64,000 nt of DNA from Nemertoderma westbladi (lineage: Eukaryota; Animalia; Xenacoelomorpha): NCBI GenBank assembly GCA_032718475.1, contig JAUCBJ010005520.1, positions 70,521 through 134,520 on the forward strand. The letters run 5' to 3'. A model generated the notes under the pieces. The model was not told the DNA's origin. It did not search any database and worked only from the letters and a program-made list of their open reading frames with translations. Shown here one piece after another: positions 38,042-51,827 of this stretch. The position numbers and the translations under genes were made by a program. Within the stretch, counting starts at the first letter, position 1. Each line of letters opens with the position of its first letter.

Positions 38042-38195
38042 AGACATTTGGTTTGTTTTTTTTGGGGTAATCACCCCTCAAAAAAATATAATAATTTTTT
38101 TTTATTGAAAGAGTGAGTTACTGTCGCTTGTGGTCACACACCCCCCCCCCCTCTTACCATTTAATCGAAATAATTCAATAATTCAATATAATTTG

Positions 38196-41194
38196 TGAGA
38201 TCTCTCTTCAACCTCCCGGAAACTCCACTGCTCTTCTTCCGTCTTCCGACTGGGCTCGACGTCTTGTCGCTCGCCCGCTCACAGCGCCAACCTGTCTCTC
38301 TCTACCCGGTTGGATGCTCCGGGGGATACTCGCAATCCCCCTACTGTTCTCCATCGCCGGGTGCCACGGTTCACCTAACTCGCCCCGCGCATTATCCGCC
38401 GACGCTTGTGGGACATTCTCTGCCCCCCCCCCCCACTCGCCACTAATCTTTCGTGGTGGGGTGCCCGTAGCCCCCCCCCCCATTAGCCACCTCTTACTTC
38501 GCTACCTCCTACTTCGCTTCTACACCCCTCTCTAGTCGATGCATTGTTTCTACTTCGGCTGGGTGTACTCACCCCTGCCTCTCTCTGTGCGACTGTGTGG
38601 CCTTGCATGCTCCTGTCGGGTTGACTCACCCCCGCTACTCCCTGCCTAACTACGTGGCCTTGCAGGCTCCCATCAGGTTGACTCACCCCCGCTACTCCCT
38701 GCCTAACTACATGGCCTTGCAGGCTCCCGTCGGGTTGACTCACCACCGCTACTCCCTGCCTAACTACATGGCCTTGCAGGCTCTCGCTGGTCGGACCACC
38801 TGTGTCCCCTACATTCGTATTAATAGCACCATTATCAATAATATTATTATCTAAGTTATTCAAACTATTTAAATTATTTTGTTCGGGATTAGGGTTATTA
38901 TTTGGATTACTTTGCACGCTTAAATTAGAATTATTTGGATTATTCTATATATTTAAAATGGAATTAATGATATTTGAAAATCAAATGATCATTTTGTGCG
39001 TTTAAATTTAAATTATTATTTTGATTATTTTGTACATTCAAATTAAAATTATTATTACTGGGTAAAATATTATTTCCTGCAATAAAGGTTTGATTAGGGT
39101 TGTCTACTACGGTACTATTAATATTAATTCTTCTAACGTATTATTATTACCCCCCCCCCCACCTGTACGGTTACACCAGTCTTGGGTCTGTCGTCCGGTG
39201 CCTATAAGTGGGGTATTAACAAATGTTTCCATTACTTCTGGCTCCTCGTAAACGCTACCCAAACCAGCCTCACTCTCTGATAGTCCCAACTTCGCCAGCT
39301 CTAACCGGCGCTTTTGCTTCACCTGGTACATACATACTACATACACTTTCCCGCCCTCTCTCTCTCCCTGTCCTCTCTCAAACTTTGGTCGGCCAACTCT
39401 GCCTCTCTCGCAATCCTCTCTACCCTCCTCGCCTCACGCTCCTTACGCTCTTTCGCCTCTCGCTCTTTATCCTCCCTCATTTCTCTCTCCTCACCCTCTC
39501 TATAAAGTTTCTCGAGAGAGAGTTAGCGAGAGAGTGTAAAGAGAGGGCCGAGAGGCCCTCTCTTTACACTCTCTCGCTAACTCTCTCTCTTTCTCTAATA
39601 ATGCAGTTCCCTCATCCAGTTGCCTCTCCAACTCCCTCTGATCCAGCGCCACCAGGTCTAGTGGACACGCCAGATCTATCTCTAACACCCTTCTTGCTTT
39701 TGCGGAGAATGTAGCGGACTTATTGGTCACGACGGACTCCCGTCGCCTCTCTGTCCTACTAACTTTCCCCCGCTTTCTGGGGTTCTCGCTAACCGACGAC
39801 ACCGAATCCTCGGGGTTAACCTCGGGTTTGCCATTGTGCGGGTCCGCCCAACCCACTAACTTAATTCCCCTAGCATCCACTAAGTAGGGCCCTACGTACA
39901 CTACCCCAGTACGGGCTCCATTACCCCGGATCGCCACAATTCAAACAGTTCTGTGGCGACCCCCCTCGCTCTCTCACTCGCCAGTTCTCCCTGTCCAAAA
40001 TGGACTAAATAGTGAAAGTGTTTATTCGACTCATCTAGCCTCTGATATAGTTTAGGCTGGTCTACCTTTCTCCCTTCCTTGGCCTCCTTAAGCAGTTTCT
40101 TGATGGCGTTGTAGGCCCGTCGTAGCTGATCACTCGTCCCGACATCCTCTTCGCCGACTCCGCCTCCTCTCCTCGTCCGGGGTCGTACCGGCGGCCCCAC
40201 CGTCGCCGTTCCGGTGGGCCGTCCATCGCCCTCGGCCTGTGGCTGGCCGGCGACTTCGGTACTCCGACTGCCATCGTGCGTCGACTCGTCTCTCCCTCGT
40301 GGTTGATGGCCGCCCTCCGCTTGGGCTACCGGATCGTCCCTCATCGGCGAATCCGGTGTGGCTGGCCGATACCGTCGCGTCGCGGCCTCACGGATCATTT
40401 GGTTGGTGTCATCCGGGGTCCACGGCAGCGTCCTCTCACCCTCTGATAATCGGGGCTCCCTATTGCTCATCTCGATCTCTCTTCCTTGCAGTCACAGTTT
40501 GTTGGCAGTCAAACTCGGCAGTTAATGACTGTGACAGGATCAGAGATCCCGACCGGGTTAGAAATGTACTCGTTACCATTCTGCTTGGCAATCGTGCTAC
40601 TCGCTTTGGCTGAAGGCTGTTAGGGAAAACAATAAGAGTTTGTGTTGTTTGTCAGTATTGATTAACATAGGCGATAATAGCAAGTCGGTAATTGAATATG
40701 AATATAGCAGAAAATACAGGTTAATTGTTACCGGTATGGTGGTGGCGGTCATTAACTATGACCGGTCTGCACTGACTGAATAACTCAACTGACTGGTAAA
40801 TCAGCAATGTAAGATAATATATGATTAACACACATTGAATATTGGTTTCACCTCCTACTGCACTTTGGCCCTCTGTACCCAATGGATGCTTTCCTGTTCC
40901 CAATCATGTGCTTCCCTCCCCACTATTGGCTAATATACAAATTGTCACTTTGGCACTCCCTGTGAGTGTTTCCCCCCGCTGCTAGCCTCTACTAGCTGTG
41001 TTCCCTCCGAGGTGGTTTGACCTCTCACCTTTCTCTGTGGCTTTGGGGCTTGTGTCACCCACCCAATGTTGGTTATGAGACGAGATTGATATTGGTAATC
41101 GTCGAAATAATTGTCTCGAATCCCCAACATATTGCTAAAATGCCACTGGTCCCATTTTCTGGTGGGTAATGAAGTGGAATTGAATCCGCTTACA
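38196..41194 (-). mobile_element. BEL/Pao element 3: 5' LTR (40530-41194) plus Gag N-terminal extension, 3'-truncated
   Basis: TG..CA LTR with termini similar to elements 1 and 2; ORF fragments 39901-40470, 39500-39937, 38483-38917 and 38208-38483 are homologous to element 1/2 ORF1. Confidence 0.9.
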
Positions 41195-41439
41195 AGTTTT
41201 AATGTTTGGTGGAATCTAGTCTGTCTGTCAGTCTTTTGTTTTACACGAGTATTACATGGACAGACCGTCATACAGAAAAACAGTGATAACTTGAGAACTG
41301 AAAAAGGTCTCACTTTTTTTAAGCGGTTTTTAGATTTGTAATCCTCATTCAATTCTGACCTAAGGGAGGTATAACCCCCCCCCCCCCTTAAGTCTAATAA
41401 ACATCCAAAGACCTGCATCTTGAAGCGTCAGTAAAATGC

Positions 41440-41840
41440 GAGAACTTCAGAAACAGCCCACATGCAGCTAGTTGTTATGGGCTGTCCACCATGCTTATTT
41501 TCTCCATGGGCCTGCAAAATCATAAGATTGGGCGCAGGCTGGTCCTCACAGAGAAAGCAATGTCCTGCAAAGTGGAGGCGCTGTAAGTGTCAAGGCTTGG
41601 AGGAACCAATGAGTCACCTCCAATGTTATATATGGTCTATTTGGATATGTGTGCATTGAATATACTTGAAACAGTGAACCCAGCCTAGAATTCATGTGAA
41701 TGTGCTATCCCGAGATTTGGTGTCCTCAGTAGTTAGAGACCAGCGTGGACTTCAATAGAGGAGTAGTGTTATTCTGGTGCTCTAAATAATAGGAACTTAA
41801 GATTCCGACATATTCTGTGTGACTTCCAAATCCAGGAAAG
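41440..41840 (-). mobile_element. 3' fragment of the RTE family
   Basis: Aligns by eye to about 220-530. Confidence 0.8.
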
Positions 41841-42369
41841 CTTGTTGTGCTCAGCAAATGTGGGGAAGGCCAAAGAGCAACACTAATGGAAATTGGAAAA
41901 TTTTGTCCCCCTCTAGCTGTGTATGACAAAATTAAATATTTCACTAAAAACACTACCGATACGTCTAGTCCCTTGATATTTATCCAAATATTTTGAAACC
42001 AATTTATTTGCTCTCAATACTCTGGTCACAGGTCTTCGTGTCTACAAAAACTCTCCAGCAGTTCTTCTAATTATCAATTTTTAATAAAAATTAATTATAT
42101 TTCTATCTTCTATTAACATTTCTGCACAAAATGATTGTTTTTGGAAATTTTTGTGGATTATATTATTTTCGGTCTATATTTTGGGAAAAAAATTTTTGTA
42201 TCTGTTTTTTTTAGTTTGATATAAGGGCTTTCATGAGGTGACATCGGTTTTCACCATTGAATGATTTTTTTTGACCACAAAACAGCACTTTTCAACAACA
42301 ATATGTAGGCCTATGGCTGATATTCATGACTCTCCGTATAAAACAACCCTTTTCTCAGTTCGCCGTTTT

Positions 42370-45300
42370 TATAATAATTGAGATAACCACAGTACTGCTG
42401 TACAATAATAAATCTTACACCGACACCATAATATATATAGTAAGTAAGGGGCGAGCCATATATTACAATAGTACCATCCTACATGGATACACCATCTGCT
42501 TTTCCCTACAGGATCGAAATTAGTTCAGTTTGTTTTGATCGGTTATGACTGTGGGGTGAAGGTTTGAGTTTCAGTTTCGCCGAAACAGATGGTTTGTTAG
42601 TGGTTGCGTGTGCTTCGTTGTGGTCCTGCTACCGGAATTGTTTCTGAGTTACTTACAGTTTCAGTCCGCGATGACAGTGGTTGGTAGTAGAGGCATAAAA
42701 ATCGCCTGTTTCGCCACCAAATGCGTCCAGATGGGAGTTTAACATGGTAATCCCTCCGTTTCCCAACTTAGACGACCTGACCAATATGGGTTACATTAAC
42801 AAACTGCTGGCTAGATGGAACGGCATTCCACTCCTCCACTATAGGGAAGCCGGAGTAATGATCTGTATATACCAGGAAGTGATTTCCACCAAGTTCAAAT
42901 AAATCAGAGGAAGCGGATTGGAATGCATGGTTGGATACAGGGTCTGTCTGTAATGTCTCATTGTGGAGGCTGGGTAGTACTCCCTGACAGGCATCACATT
43001 GGCCAACCAATGGCCAATATATTGGCTTTGGTGCTGGGCTAATAGGCGCTATTTCGCACGCGCTGTTTCATCCTAGTGACTCCGAGGTGATGGGTGTGTA
43101 GTTGTTTTAGAACTTCACTCCTCTGTGACCTCGGTATTTATTACCAGGCGGTCCCCAAATAATACCAGGTCATTGTTGTATAATGACAAATTGTTGCTGA
43201 TCGACCGGTATTCTTGTACCGAAGGTGGTGCAGTGTGGACTTTGCGAAAGTCGTCCCAAATATTTTCGATTTGTTGTTGGAATTCGGGATCAATGCGTGC
43301 TGCAGCTCATAGTCCCTCCATCAATTCATCTCCACTGTCGGAGTCTGATCCGTGAAGGTGTTGGTTGATTGCGTTAATCACTAATGGTGTAATGTGATTA
43401 GTGTCATCTGGTACTGGTTCCACCAGGAAGCGACTAAGTGCATCTGCTATGGGATGTTGTTTTCCCTTTTGCCATATTAATTCGAATTGGTATCTTGATT
43501 GTAAATCTGCCTTGATCTTTTGTATCTTGCGATTTTCAATCTGGTCGAGGTTATATGAATTAAATATCGCCAGCAGAGGCCAGTGATCAGTGACAACGGT
43601 GAATTTCGGCCAGCAAGATATAGTCAGCACTTTGAGATGGCATAATGAATTTCGATATTCTCCAACTCTATTACCACATACCGTCTTTCTGGGTCTGTAA
43701 GGAATCGGCTCCCACATGCGACTATTTTCCAGTCATCACCATGGAGTTGTAGGAGGTCGAATCCAAAGCCATATAACCTGGGCATCTGTTTCAAGGCGGG
43801 TTTCTCGGGTCGTGTCGAAGGGCGCTGGTACTGGGGGGCTAATCCGTGCTTTTTTTTAACTTTGGTAAATGCGGCGTCTTGATTGTCTGTCCATACGAAT
43901 GCGTTTCGCGCACATAATAATTCACGTAGAAATCAGTCATTGAGATATCACTACTGTAATGACCCAGTTGATTGACCAGGCCCATGAAACTCCGCAAGTC
44001 CGTGATATTCTGAGGAGTTGGAAATTCGCTAATCGCAGGGAGTTTACCAGGTTCGGCGCAATTCCATCCTTGGATAATATATATCCCGCAAATTTCACTT
44101 GTCATTGAGAAAACTGGAATTTGTCTTTGTTAATAGTGATTCCATTCTCCCTGCAACGTTATAGGACTTATCCTACCCGCTTATGATGCTCAGCGACATT
44201 TGTGTCCTTGATAAGGATGTCGTCAATGATTTTGTAGACTTTTGAGAAGCCATCCATCGCCATATCTCCGCGAAAATTTTAGCTATCTCCCGAATTGATG
44301 AATCCAATGGGTGCTCTACAATAGCGGAATCGCTCCTATGGCGTAATGAATGTTGTCAGGTCGTGTGATTCTTCGGCTAATTCCACCTGCCAGTACCCAG
44401 ATTTCGCATCAAGGACACTGAACACGCATGCTCCTGGTGTTCTATGTGAGATAATGTTGTGTGGAGATCGCGCTGTGTGTACTGTCAACTTAACCTGACT
44501 ATTTAACTTGGTCAAGTCAAATGTCATTTGGATTTCGCCCAGTCTGTTTGTCTTGTTGGTTATAACTATGGGGTGGCTCCATCCTACGGGTTGGTTGCTA
44601 ATGCGTTCGATGACGCCCTTTGCCAGCATCCCATCTATCTCTTTTTTTTTTGCTTTGTCTGCATTTAAACAGTATGGTTTCACCCCATCTATGAGTTGTA
44701 TGTTCATCGGCAGCCCCAACATAGTTGGGAGTTCTCCAGGTTGATCAAACACGTCCTTAAACTCCTGTAGGAGCTTCTCTCCTCCGCAATACAGAAATTC
44801 TGGTATTGACCACTCCGACCACATAGGTTGTATGTTGCATTTTCCACTTTGCAGTGCCCGCTGAGCGGTACAGGGTCACCACATTTCATGCACTTTCCAG
44901 TCTCCACCTGTTGCTGTCTCACATTCTGGTAGGTGTCTCTGGATATTGCCTTTCGCCGTGGGCTGTTGTCCCCAAGTTTATTACGTTGATAACGACTTCT
45001 AAATCAAGTTTGTGCGCGTCCATGCTGAGCATCGGTTTGGTTTACCACATCCACGCGGTGTTGTAGACGTTGTGTTTCTCTGCTGGCGACCTCCTGAGTG
45101 TGGCAGAACTCGATCGTCTCTGTGTAGTTCAATTGTGGATGTTTTCCAAAAATTTCCTCCCGAGTTTTATCGTCGTTAATCCCGCAATCGACTATAGTTT
45201 GACGCCAGTCATCCATGTTCATTTGTGCGATTTCAGCATCATTGAATGCTTCACTAAGGCGTGAAAGGTATTCATCAAATGTCTTTCCTTCTGATTGTCT

Positions 45301-45572
45301 CATTTTTATAAGCTGGTATCGGTCCAACTTTATGTTATGTTGCGCCCGAATATACCCGTGTATCAAGTAGGCCTATAGGGTAGGGTAGGTAAGTCCGGAT
45401 TGCTGCGCCATGGTCTGTAAAGAAAGCAGATATATAGTGTAGTGAATAAGTATAATAATTGAGATAACCACAGTACTGCTTAATTAATAATAAATCTTAC
45501 ACCATAATATATATAGTAAGTAAGGGGCGAGCCATATATTGCAATAGTACCGTCCTACATGGATAAACCACA
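42370..45572 (-). mobile_element. Decayed Gypsy (Mag-like) LTR retrotransposon with short LTRs and a canonical tRNA PBS
   Basis: LTRs about 45411-45572 and 42370-42494 (truncated); PBS TGGCGCAGC at 45402-45410 (tRNA-Ser-like); PPT AGGGAAAGCAGA; Gag 45004-45366, RT FSVLDAKSGYWQV, RNase H VTDH.PL, integrase fragment DLFELGG..D.YSG. Confidence 0.88.
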
Positions 45573-45784
45573 TACCAAAATGTGTAGCAGCTTTAGGTCC
45601 TACTTGTACTACTTCTATTTATGATTTGATCATTTGTTATATTTTAATAAGATTACAAAACCGCCGTGGAAGACCGGATGAAATGAAATTAAATAAGTAT
45701 TTTTGTGGCTATGATTATCTCAACTGAAATGGAATTTAAAAATCATGAAGCCAATTCTAATTAATTTTAATTTATTAATTACAG

Positions 45785-45953
45785 AGATCCTAGGTGCAAG
45801 TCATTTAATTATCGTAACAAACAATCTTCTGGATTCTGTTGTCAATTAAATAACCAATATGCTGAAGATGTCAACACAACAGACCTGCTTCCATCTGAAT
45901 CCTATGACTACATGGCAATCAGTGATGATAAACCGGGAACATCTGTACCACCA
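45785..45953 (+). CDS. Host gene exon 2: second half of the PAN/Apple domain
   Basis: Acceptor ttacag|; completes CAGLCSRDPRCKSFNY..CQLN..DLL..YDY; donor GTTAGT (alternative GTAATA about 15 nt later). Confidence 0.8.
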
Positions 45954-46900
45954 GTTAGTGTCCACACAGTAATATACCATAATGTAATGTAGGAGAATAA
46001 GCAATTGATAGAGTACCTAACTGTAGTAGGCATTATATATTACTATTGATTGGATAAACTAAATATCACTGGCAGACACGTTAGGCCTTTATAGATAACA
46101 TAATTATAACAATAAGTCAAGAGTCAGCTGATCGCCACATTCTCTCCTCCACTAAGAAGAGTTCCTGCATCCATACCAATCTGGTTGGCACCAACTACTT
46201 TGGGAGCATCCTGATCATTGAGGTTCCATTATTGGAGCCTCATTTACGAGAGGTTGAGTTAATGGAGGAGGTTCCAAAGTTATAGGTGATTGCGGAAATT
46301 CTTCAGTGGTTTTGAGATGGTCACAACTGCCAATTGTAATGTGACGAACTCGTCAACCAAACCTTGAAAACTTGAAATGAACAAATCGGCGAACAAATAT
46401 TGGATCATTGGTAGCATTCCTGCATCTACATCTATCTAAAATGTATCACCCTTACTGGGTTAAAACGCCAACCGGCCGCCCTTGGCAGGGTTCGGCCTAC
46501 TATACATTGTTATCAGCTGATCGACAGACAACCTGATAATTGGTAATCACACCAATGGTAATGTGGCCTTATAGGTGATTAGCTCTAATATCTTATCTAA
46601 AATCTTATTTTTTTTTTAATAACTACACCCCAGACGGGGTAAAATGATGGTAAAATCTTATTAAAATCTTAATCTTTAGAGCTTAGCTCTAAAGTAGCCT
46701 TAGAGTTGATGCGCCCTACTACTCTTTGGATGACAATATCACACCATCTCCTACTTTAAAAATTCCATTGAATTGAATTTTTGGGCTCAATTTGGGTTAA
46801 TTAACTAATTTACTAGTCTGATGTTTGTTCTGGCCAATATCGTTGGTAAATGTTGGCTGTTGTTCCCTTAATGCAATCCTAAGAAGCATTGATTGCATAT

Positions 46901-47050
46901 AAATAAATGCATATCATAAGCGCAAAAAATAAATGCATATCATAAGCACAAAAAATAAATGCATATCATAAGCGCAAAAAATAAATGCATATCATAAGCA
47001 CAAAAAATAAATGCATATCATAAGCACAAAAAATAAATGCATATCATAAG
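46901..47050. repeat. 26-bp tandem repeat, about 5.7 copies
   Basis: ataaatgcatatcataagc(g/a)caaaaa at 26-nt period. Confidence 0.92.
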
Positions 47051-48881
47051 GTTCAATCAATCAAAGATCTTGTAAAGCAGCTGAAACAATTGCTGCTCCA
47101 CTTTTATCTGAAGTACCATATCAATCGCACTCCCTAGCTACTGTTGGCATTTATAATTTCATTTGTGTGGAGGTGGTTGCTGTAGAAACTCTGATGTTGT
47201 CCCCCTTCATCAACTTCAAATATAGGGAGAGTCTTCAGTTTCATCTAACACCTGCACATCTGGGGAATGACAACGTTCTCTCGTATTGGCTGCTGTTGAA
47301 GAAGCACCACATTCCATTGCTGTTCCGATTTGTTGTTCTCTGATCAGTTAGAAATTTCCATCAGTGCAGTGGAACCTTGAGCCTTTTTCCAATGGTACAT
47401 TGTAATATAATGTAATGTAATATAATTCTCACAACGACAAGCAGCAATTTTAATAAGCTTACTAGAATCATCCTTGAATATTAGTAATTTACCAATATAT
47501 GAAACATCACCTTGAATCTTCGATTTTTGTAATACAACGTGGTAGTTGTCATTATATTTTGTATCATTTTATTAATATTCATAAAGGAGATTGACGCTTT
47601 TGTTGACATTGCTGCAATATGTATCTATTGCAACCTTCCTAGTTATTTCGTTTTTGGTAGGTGAAACGAGCATATTAAATAACAGTGCAGCCAGTTTGTA
47701 GAAACTATCACTGTCGGAATGTATATTACTTTCGGCACTCAGCACTCACTCAATCATTCAGGATGTCAAACCCAGACTAAACATGGTGAAAACGACACAC
47801 TGGCCCATCGAATTTTTGGTGGAAATAATTCACAACATGTCCAGGGGCCTTAGAAAATACTACTTTCAGTGGCTTGTTTTCATGGAAGTGAATTCAAAAT
47901 GAAATAAACTCAAACACCACGACCACCCACCCCACCACAACTGCCAGCAACAGCGCTATCGCTATAGATCCAGGGCGATCCCAGAGTCTCCCAGGAAAGT
48001 TAAGAATGCATGCTGATCAACTCCATTGATGAATACAATAAGGTTCAATTACATCATTGTGGGAAGGTAATATATTTGGTTTCATTTCGGTTAAGTGCCC
48101 AACTGTAGGATATTTTAGCAAAATCCTCAGACGTACCTGGGGAATGGAAGATTGTTCCTCACTAATTATTATTATAAAACTATTTTATATTTCAGATCTA
48201 ATTACCTGAAAAAATTAGTTTGCCAACCGTTGGATTTGCTCATTCTAGTGCTCTTTGGGGAAACGCATCATTAGGTCAATGCTTTGTCAACTTTGGTTGT
48301 TAGGTCATGCACATCTTTAGGTCCTGCTCGCCCTCTATTCTAATACAGTAATTTACCAGTAGTATCATTCATTTGATGTTAGGTGAGGATTAGTTGGTAA
48401 GCCTCAAGTACAGTGTCTTGCAACCGTAAGACTGAGAAATAATCTAACAATTTAGCAGAATTTCGGACATTATTGCCTTGATTGGTTTAGGTTTATGTTA
48501 TGAATTAGGGTTACATGGCACTAAATTTGGGATCGGGACATGCACAGTATTACTTACACTACAATAAAGTTAAAGTTATAAATTATAAGTGTTGGCAAGA
48601 AAATGTGAAATTTTAAATTTCAATGAAGGTCTTATTGGAGTGATCTGAAATTCAAAAAACGGGATTTTTATGTATTTTTTGGCATCATTTCGCAACTTTC
48701 CTACCGCTTTCACTTCAAATTTGAAATAAAAATATTTCGATCAACCCTAATGCAACAACTATCAATCACGAAAGTCATAAAAATCATGTATTTTTTTAAT
48801 GAAACAAACCACTTCAATTATTTTATGTTTGAAATGCATGACTAATAAGCCTTCTCACATGTGTTTTTTCTGTTGTTTCAG

Positions 48882-48951
48882 TGCAAATGTAAAAGTGGAA
48901 CTGAAGAAATTGGTTACGTGGAGGAAGTATGTCTCCTGGAACAAAAAAAAC
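48882..48951 (+). CDS. Host gene exon 3 (CKCKSGTEEIGYVEEVCLLEQKK)
   Basis: tgtttcag| and |GTGAGT; phase 0 to 1 fits both neighbours. Confidence 0.65.
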
Positions 48952-49404
48952 GTGAGTAATGCTATAAATACACTATGGTACAAGTCAGACTAGTCATTAG
49001 TAGTATAGGATGAATTTACAATCATGACAAATATGTTTAACAACCGGTATCACTTTCGAAATGTTTCGAAAATTTATCCGTTTTGAAATAATCAATTCAT
49101 GTTTGTATCCGCAATAATTTTTATTGTCCGTTTAAATCCTTTTTTTTTGTCCTTTTTTTTTTATTTTTTATGTCCTCCAAAAATCTAATGTTCGGTTCCA
49201 TGCTACCGGTTTCTCTACTGCTGTTCTCTCAGGCTATCAGTACCGGTATTAGTATATATAGCACTATTTTGCTGTATTGTATGTACAGATGTAGGTATAA
49301 AGCAGGTATTTCTGTATTTTAGTTCCGGTACCGGCACCGACTGCTGTAGGCCTACTGTGTTGCCTACCATTTAAATACGGTACTGGTAGGCCTAACGGCT
49401 GACT

Positions 49405-50100
49405 GGTTGTTTTGGTTAGAAAATCCCGCCTCTGTAACCTGCTCCTTTCCCCCGCCTCTGTAACCTGCTCCTTTCCCTCAATTAGTTAAGTGATCGTTTA
49501 TTGTTTTGGTTAGGAAATCCCGTCTCTGTAACCTGCTCCTTTCTCCCAATTGGTAATGTTATCGTTTATTGTTCTGGTTAGAAAATCCCGTCTCTGTAAC
49601 CTGCTCCTTTCCCTCAATTAGTTAAGTGATCGTTTATTGTTTTGGTTAGGAAATCCCGTCTCTGTAACCTGCTCCTTTCTCCCAATTGGTAATGTTATCG
49701 TTTATTGTTCTGGTTAGAAAATCCCGTCTCTGTAACCTGCTCCTTTCCCTGATTTGGTAAAGTGACTGTTTATTGTTTTGGTTAGAAAATCCCGCCTCTG
49801 TAACCTGCTCCTTTCCCTCAATTAGTTAAGTGATCGTTTATTGTTTTGGTTAGGAAATCCCGCCTCTGTAACCTGCTCCTTTTTCTCAATTGGTAATGTT
49901 ATCGTTTATTGTTTTGGTTAGAAAATCCCGTCTCTGTAACCTGCTCCTTTCCCTCAATTAGTTAAATGATCGTTCATTGTTTCGGTTAGAAAATCCCGCC
50001 TCTGTAACCTGCTCCTTTCCCTGATTTGGTAAAGTGACTGTTTATTGTTTTGGTTAGAAAATCCGGCCTTAACCTGCACCTTTCCATCAATTGGTAATTG
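49405..50100. repeat. 68-bp satellite, about 10 units with three recurring variants
   Basis: Period 68 (49495, 49563, 49631 ... 50039). Confidence 0.92.
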
Positions 50101-51827
50101 TTTTTGGCTATGAAATGAGTGTTTTGCTACGTCATGTGGTAATCGATTATCGACAACAACCACAAACTATTAAATTTAGAGTCTTTTACCACAGGCGCAT
50201 ATGGAATTCTATCTCATAGTCTATAAATCATGGAATGTTTTGGCACAGGCATAGTGAAACCAACTATCCGACAGACCAGAAATCAACAAATTTTGAATGT
50301 TTTGGCATAGGCATGTTGAAATCAACTGTCTGACAGTCCAGAAATCAGCAGTCTGACAGTTTGAAGAAATACATGTACATAAAAAGTCATTAAAAGGACA
50401 ACAAACGTCATTAAAAGGACAACAAAAGTCATTATGCACAATTCGTAAAAATTCGTAAAAAAGGACATAAAAAATCACTGCCGTTTGTATCATCAGATAA
50501 TAAATTGACTAAGCCTAAAGTAGGAGCTGTATTGAATGTTAACCAATTTAATATATAAATTACTACAATATTATATAATTCAACAAAATCCTATTAAAAA
50601 TATTGCAAGTAACCAGGAAATTTAATATGTAGTGTGTATAATATCTATACATATATATAGTATGTATAGTACTATGTATATCAATATGTAATGCTGAACA
50701 CAGAATACAGGTCGATGCATGTCGATTTTACCCTTGAGAGGTATAATTTTGATTGCAACAATAATATTCATGACCCCATCTGCTACAATTTGAAGAAGAC
50801 TATTATTACATAATAATTAATACCTATAATTAAAATAATTAATTATTATAATTCTATAGTTAATAAAAACAGTATATCATTCGGGGGATGGAATTTATAG
50901 GTCATCTAATTAATTGTTTAAAGATTAGCAAACAATACAATGTAATTGCATTGATAAAACCCATAAATAAAACTTGGATATAAAATGTAAAATCGGGCTG
51001 CAAAAGATCACTTTCTGAGCTAAGAAAGGAAAATTGGATACAACTTGTCTGGATACAAGCGGTCCGTTTACCTTACAAAATGAAAAATACGAATGTGCGA
51101 AGTTAAGAACAATCGGGGGGTAGTGTCCGGGGGGGATCTGGGGGGGAAGTGTCCGGGGGGAAGTGTCCTACTTGAGCGGGGGGGGAACTGTCCGGGGGGG
51201 AAGTGTCCGGGGGGGGGGGGGGGGGGGGGGAGAGTGTCCGAACACCGTTTTTCCTTTATTGTTTTTGTTTTCGGTTTTCTGTTTCTCGTTTTTCTTAATC
51301 TCTTCATCTGTGAAAATTCCCCGGCAACCCATCACCTTAATCAATATGTAGACATTTATCATTATTTTGTATTCTACCTAACCATGCGCTTAGAGTAGAC
51401 ACCTTATAATCCTATGTAACCTACCTAATCCAATTACACCATTTAGTATGTAGACACCTGGGATTTCCCTATCAGCTTTTCCCAATTCAACCCTATATTT
51501 GTACTTTAGATTGACAGCTTACAACTAACTCTATGTATTTTCCCTTATCACAATTACCTTACATTATATATACACGTTAACCTTTTACCTTTAACCTTTT
51601 ACACGTTAACCTGGGTTAAACTATCAGGTATTCTCCATTAAAACTTATATATATATATATATAGACCCCCACCTTTTCCTGTTAGTTGCCAGTACATAGT
51701 CTGATGCAGACCAGTAGGTCGAAAACGTTTACTATTGGATCTTTAATTAATATAATATAACCAGCTAAAGACCCTCAATACTTTATATATTTTTTCTATC
51801 ATCTGTACACTATGATTACTATTGCAG

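Noticed and set aside
47050-47830. Possible DNA transposase relic on the minus strand (also 62160-62450)
   Set aside because: Only short motif-like scraps (GAAIVSAALQD; VNRGGL); too decayed to call.
48196-48273. Possible extra host exon after tttcag
   Set aside because: The phase required by exon 2 gives an immediate stop.
49405-50100. Constant 50 nt plus variable 18 nt looks CRISPR-like
   Set aside because: The variable parts recur and are related to each other, there are no cas genes, and the context is a eukaryotic intron: a satellite.
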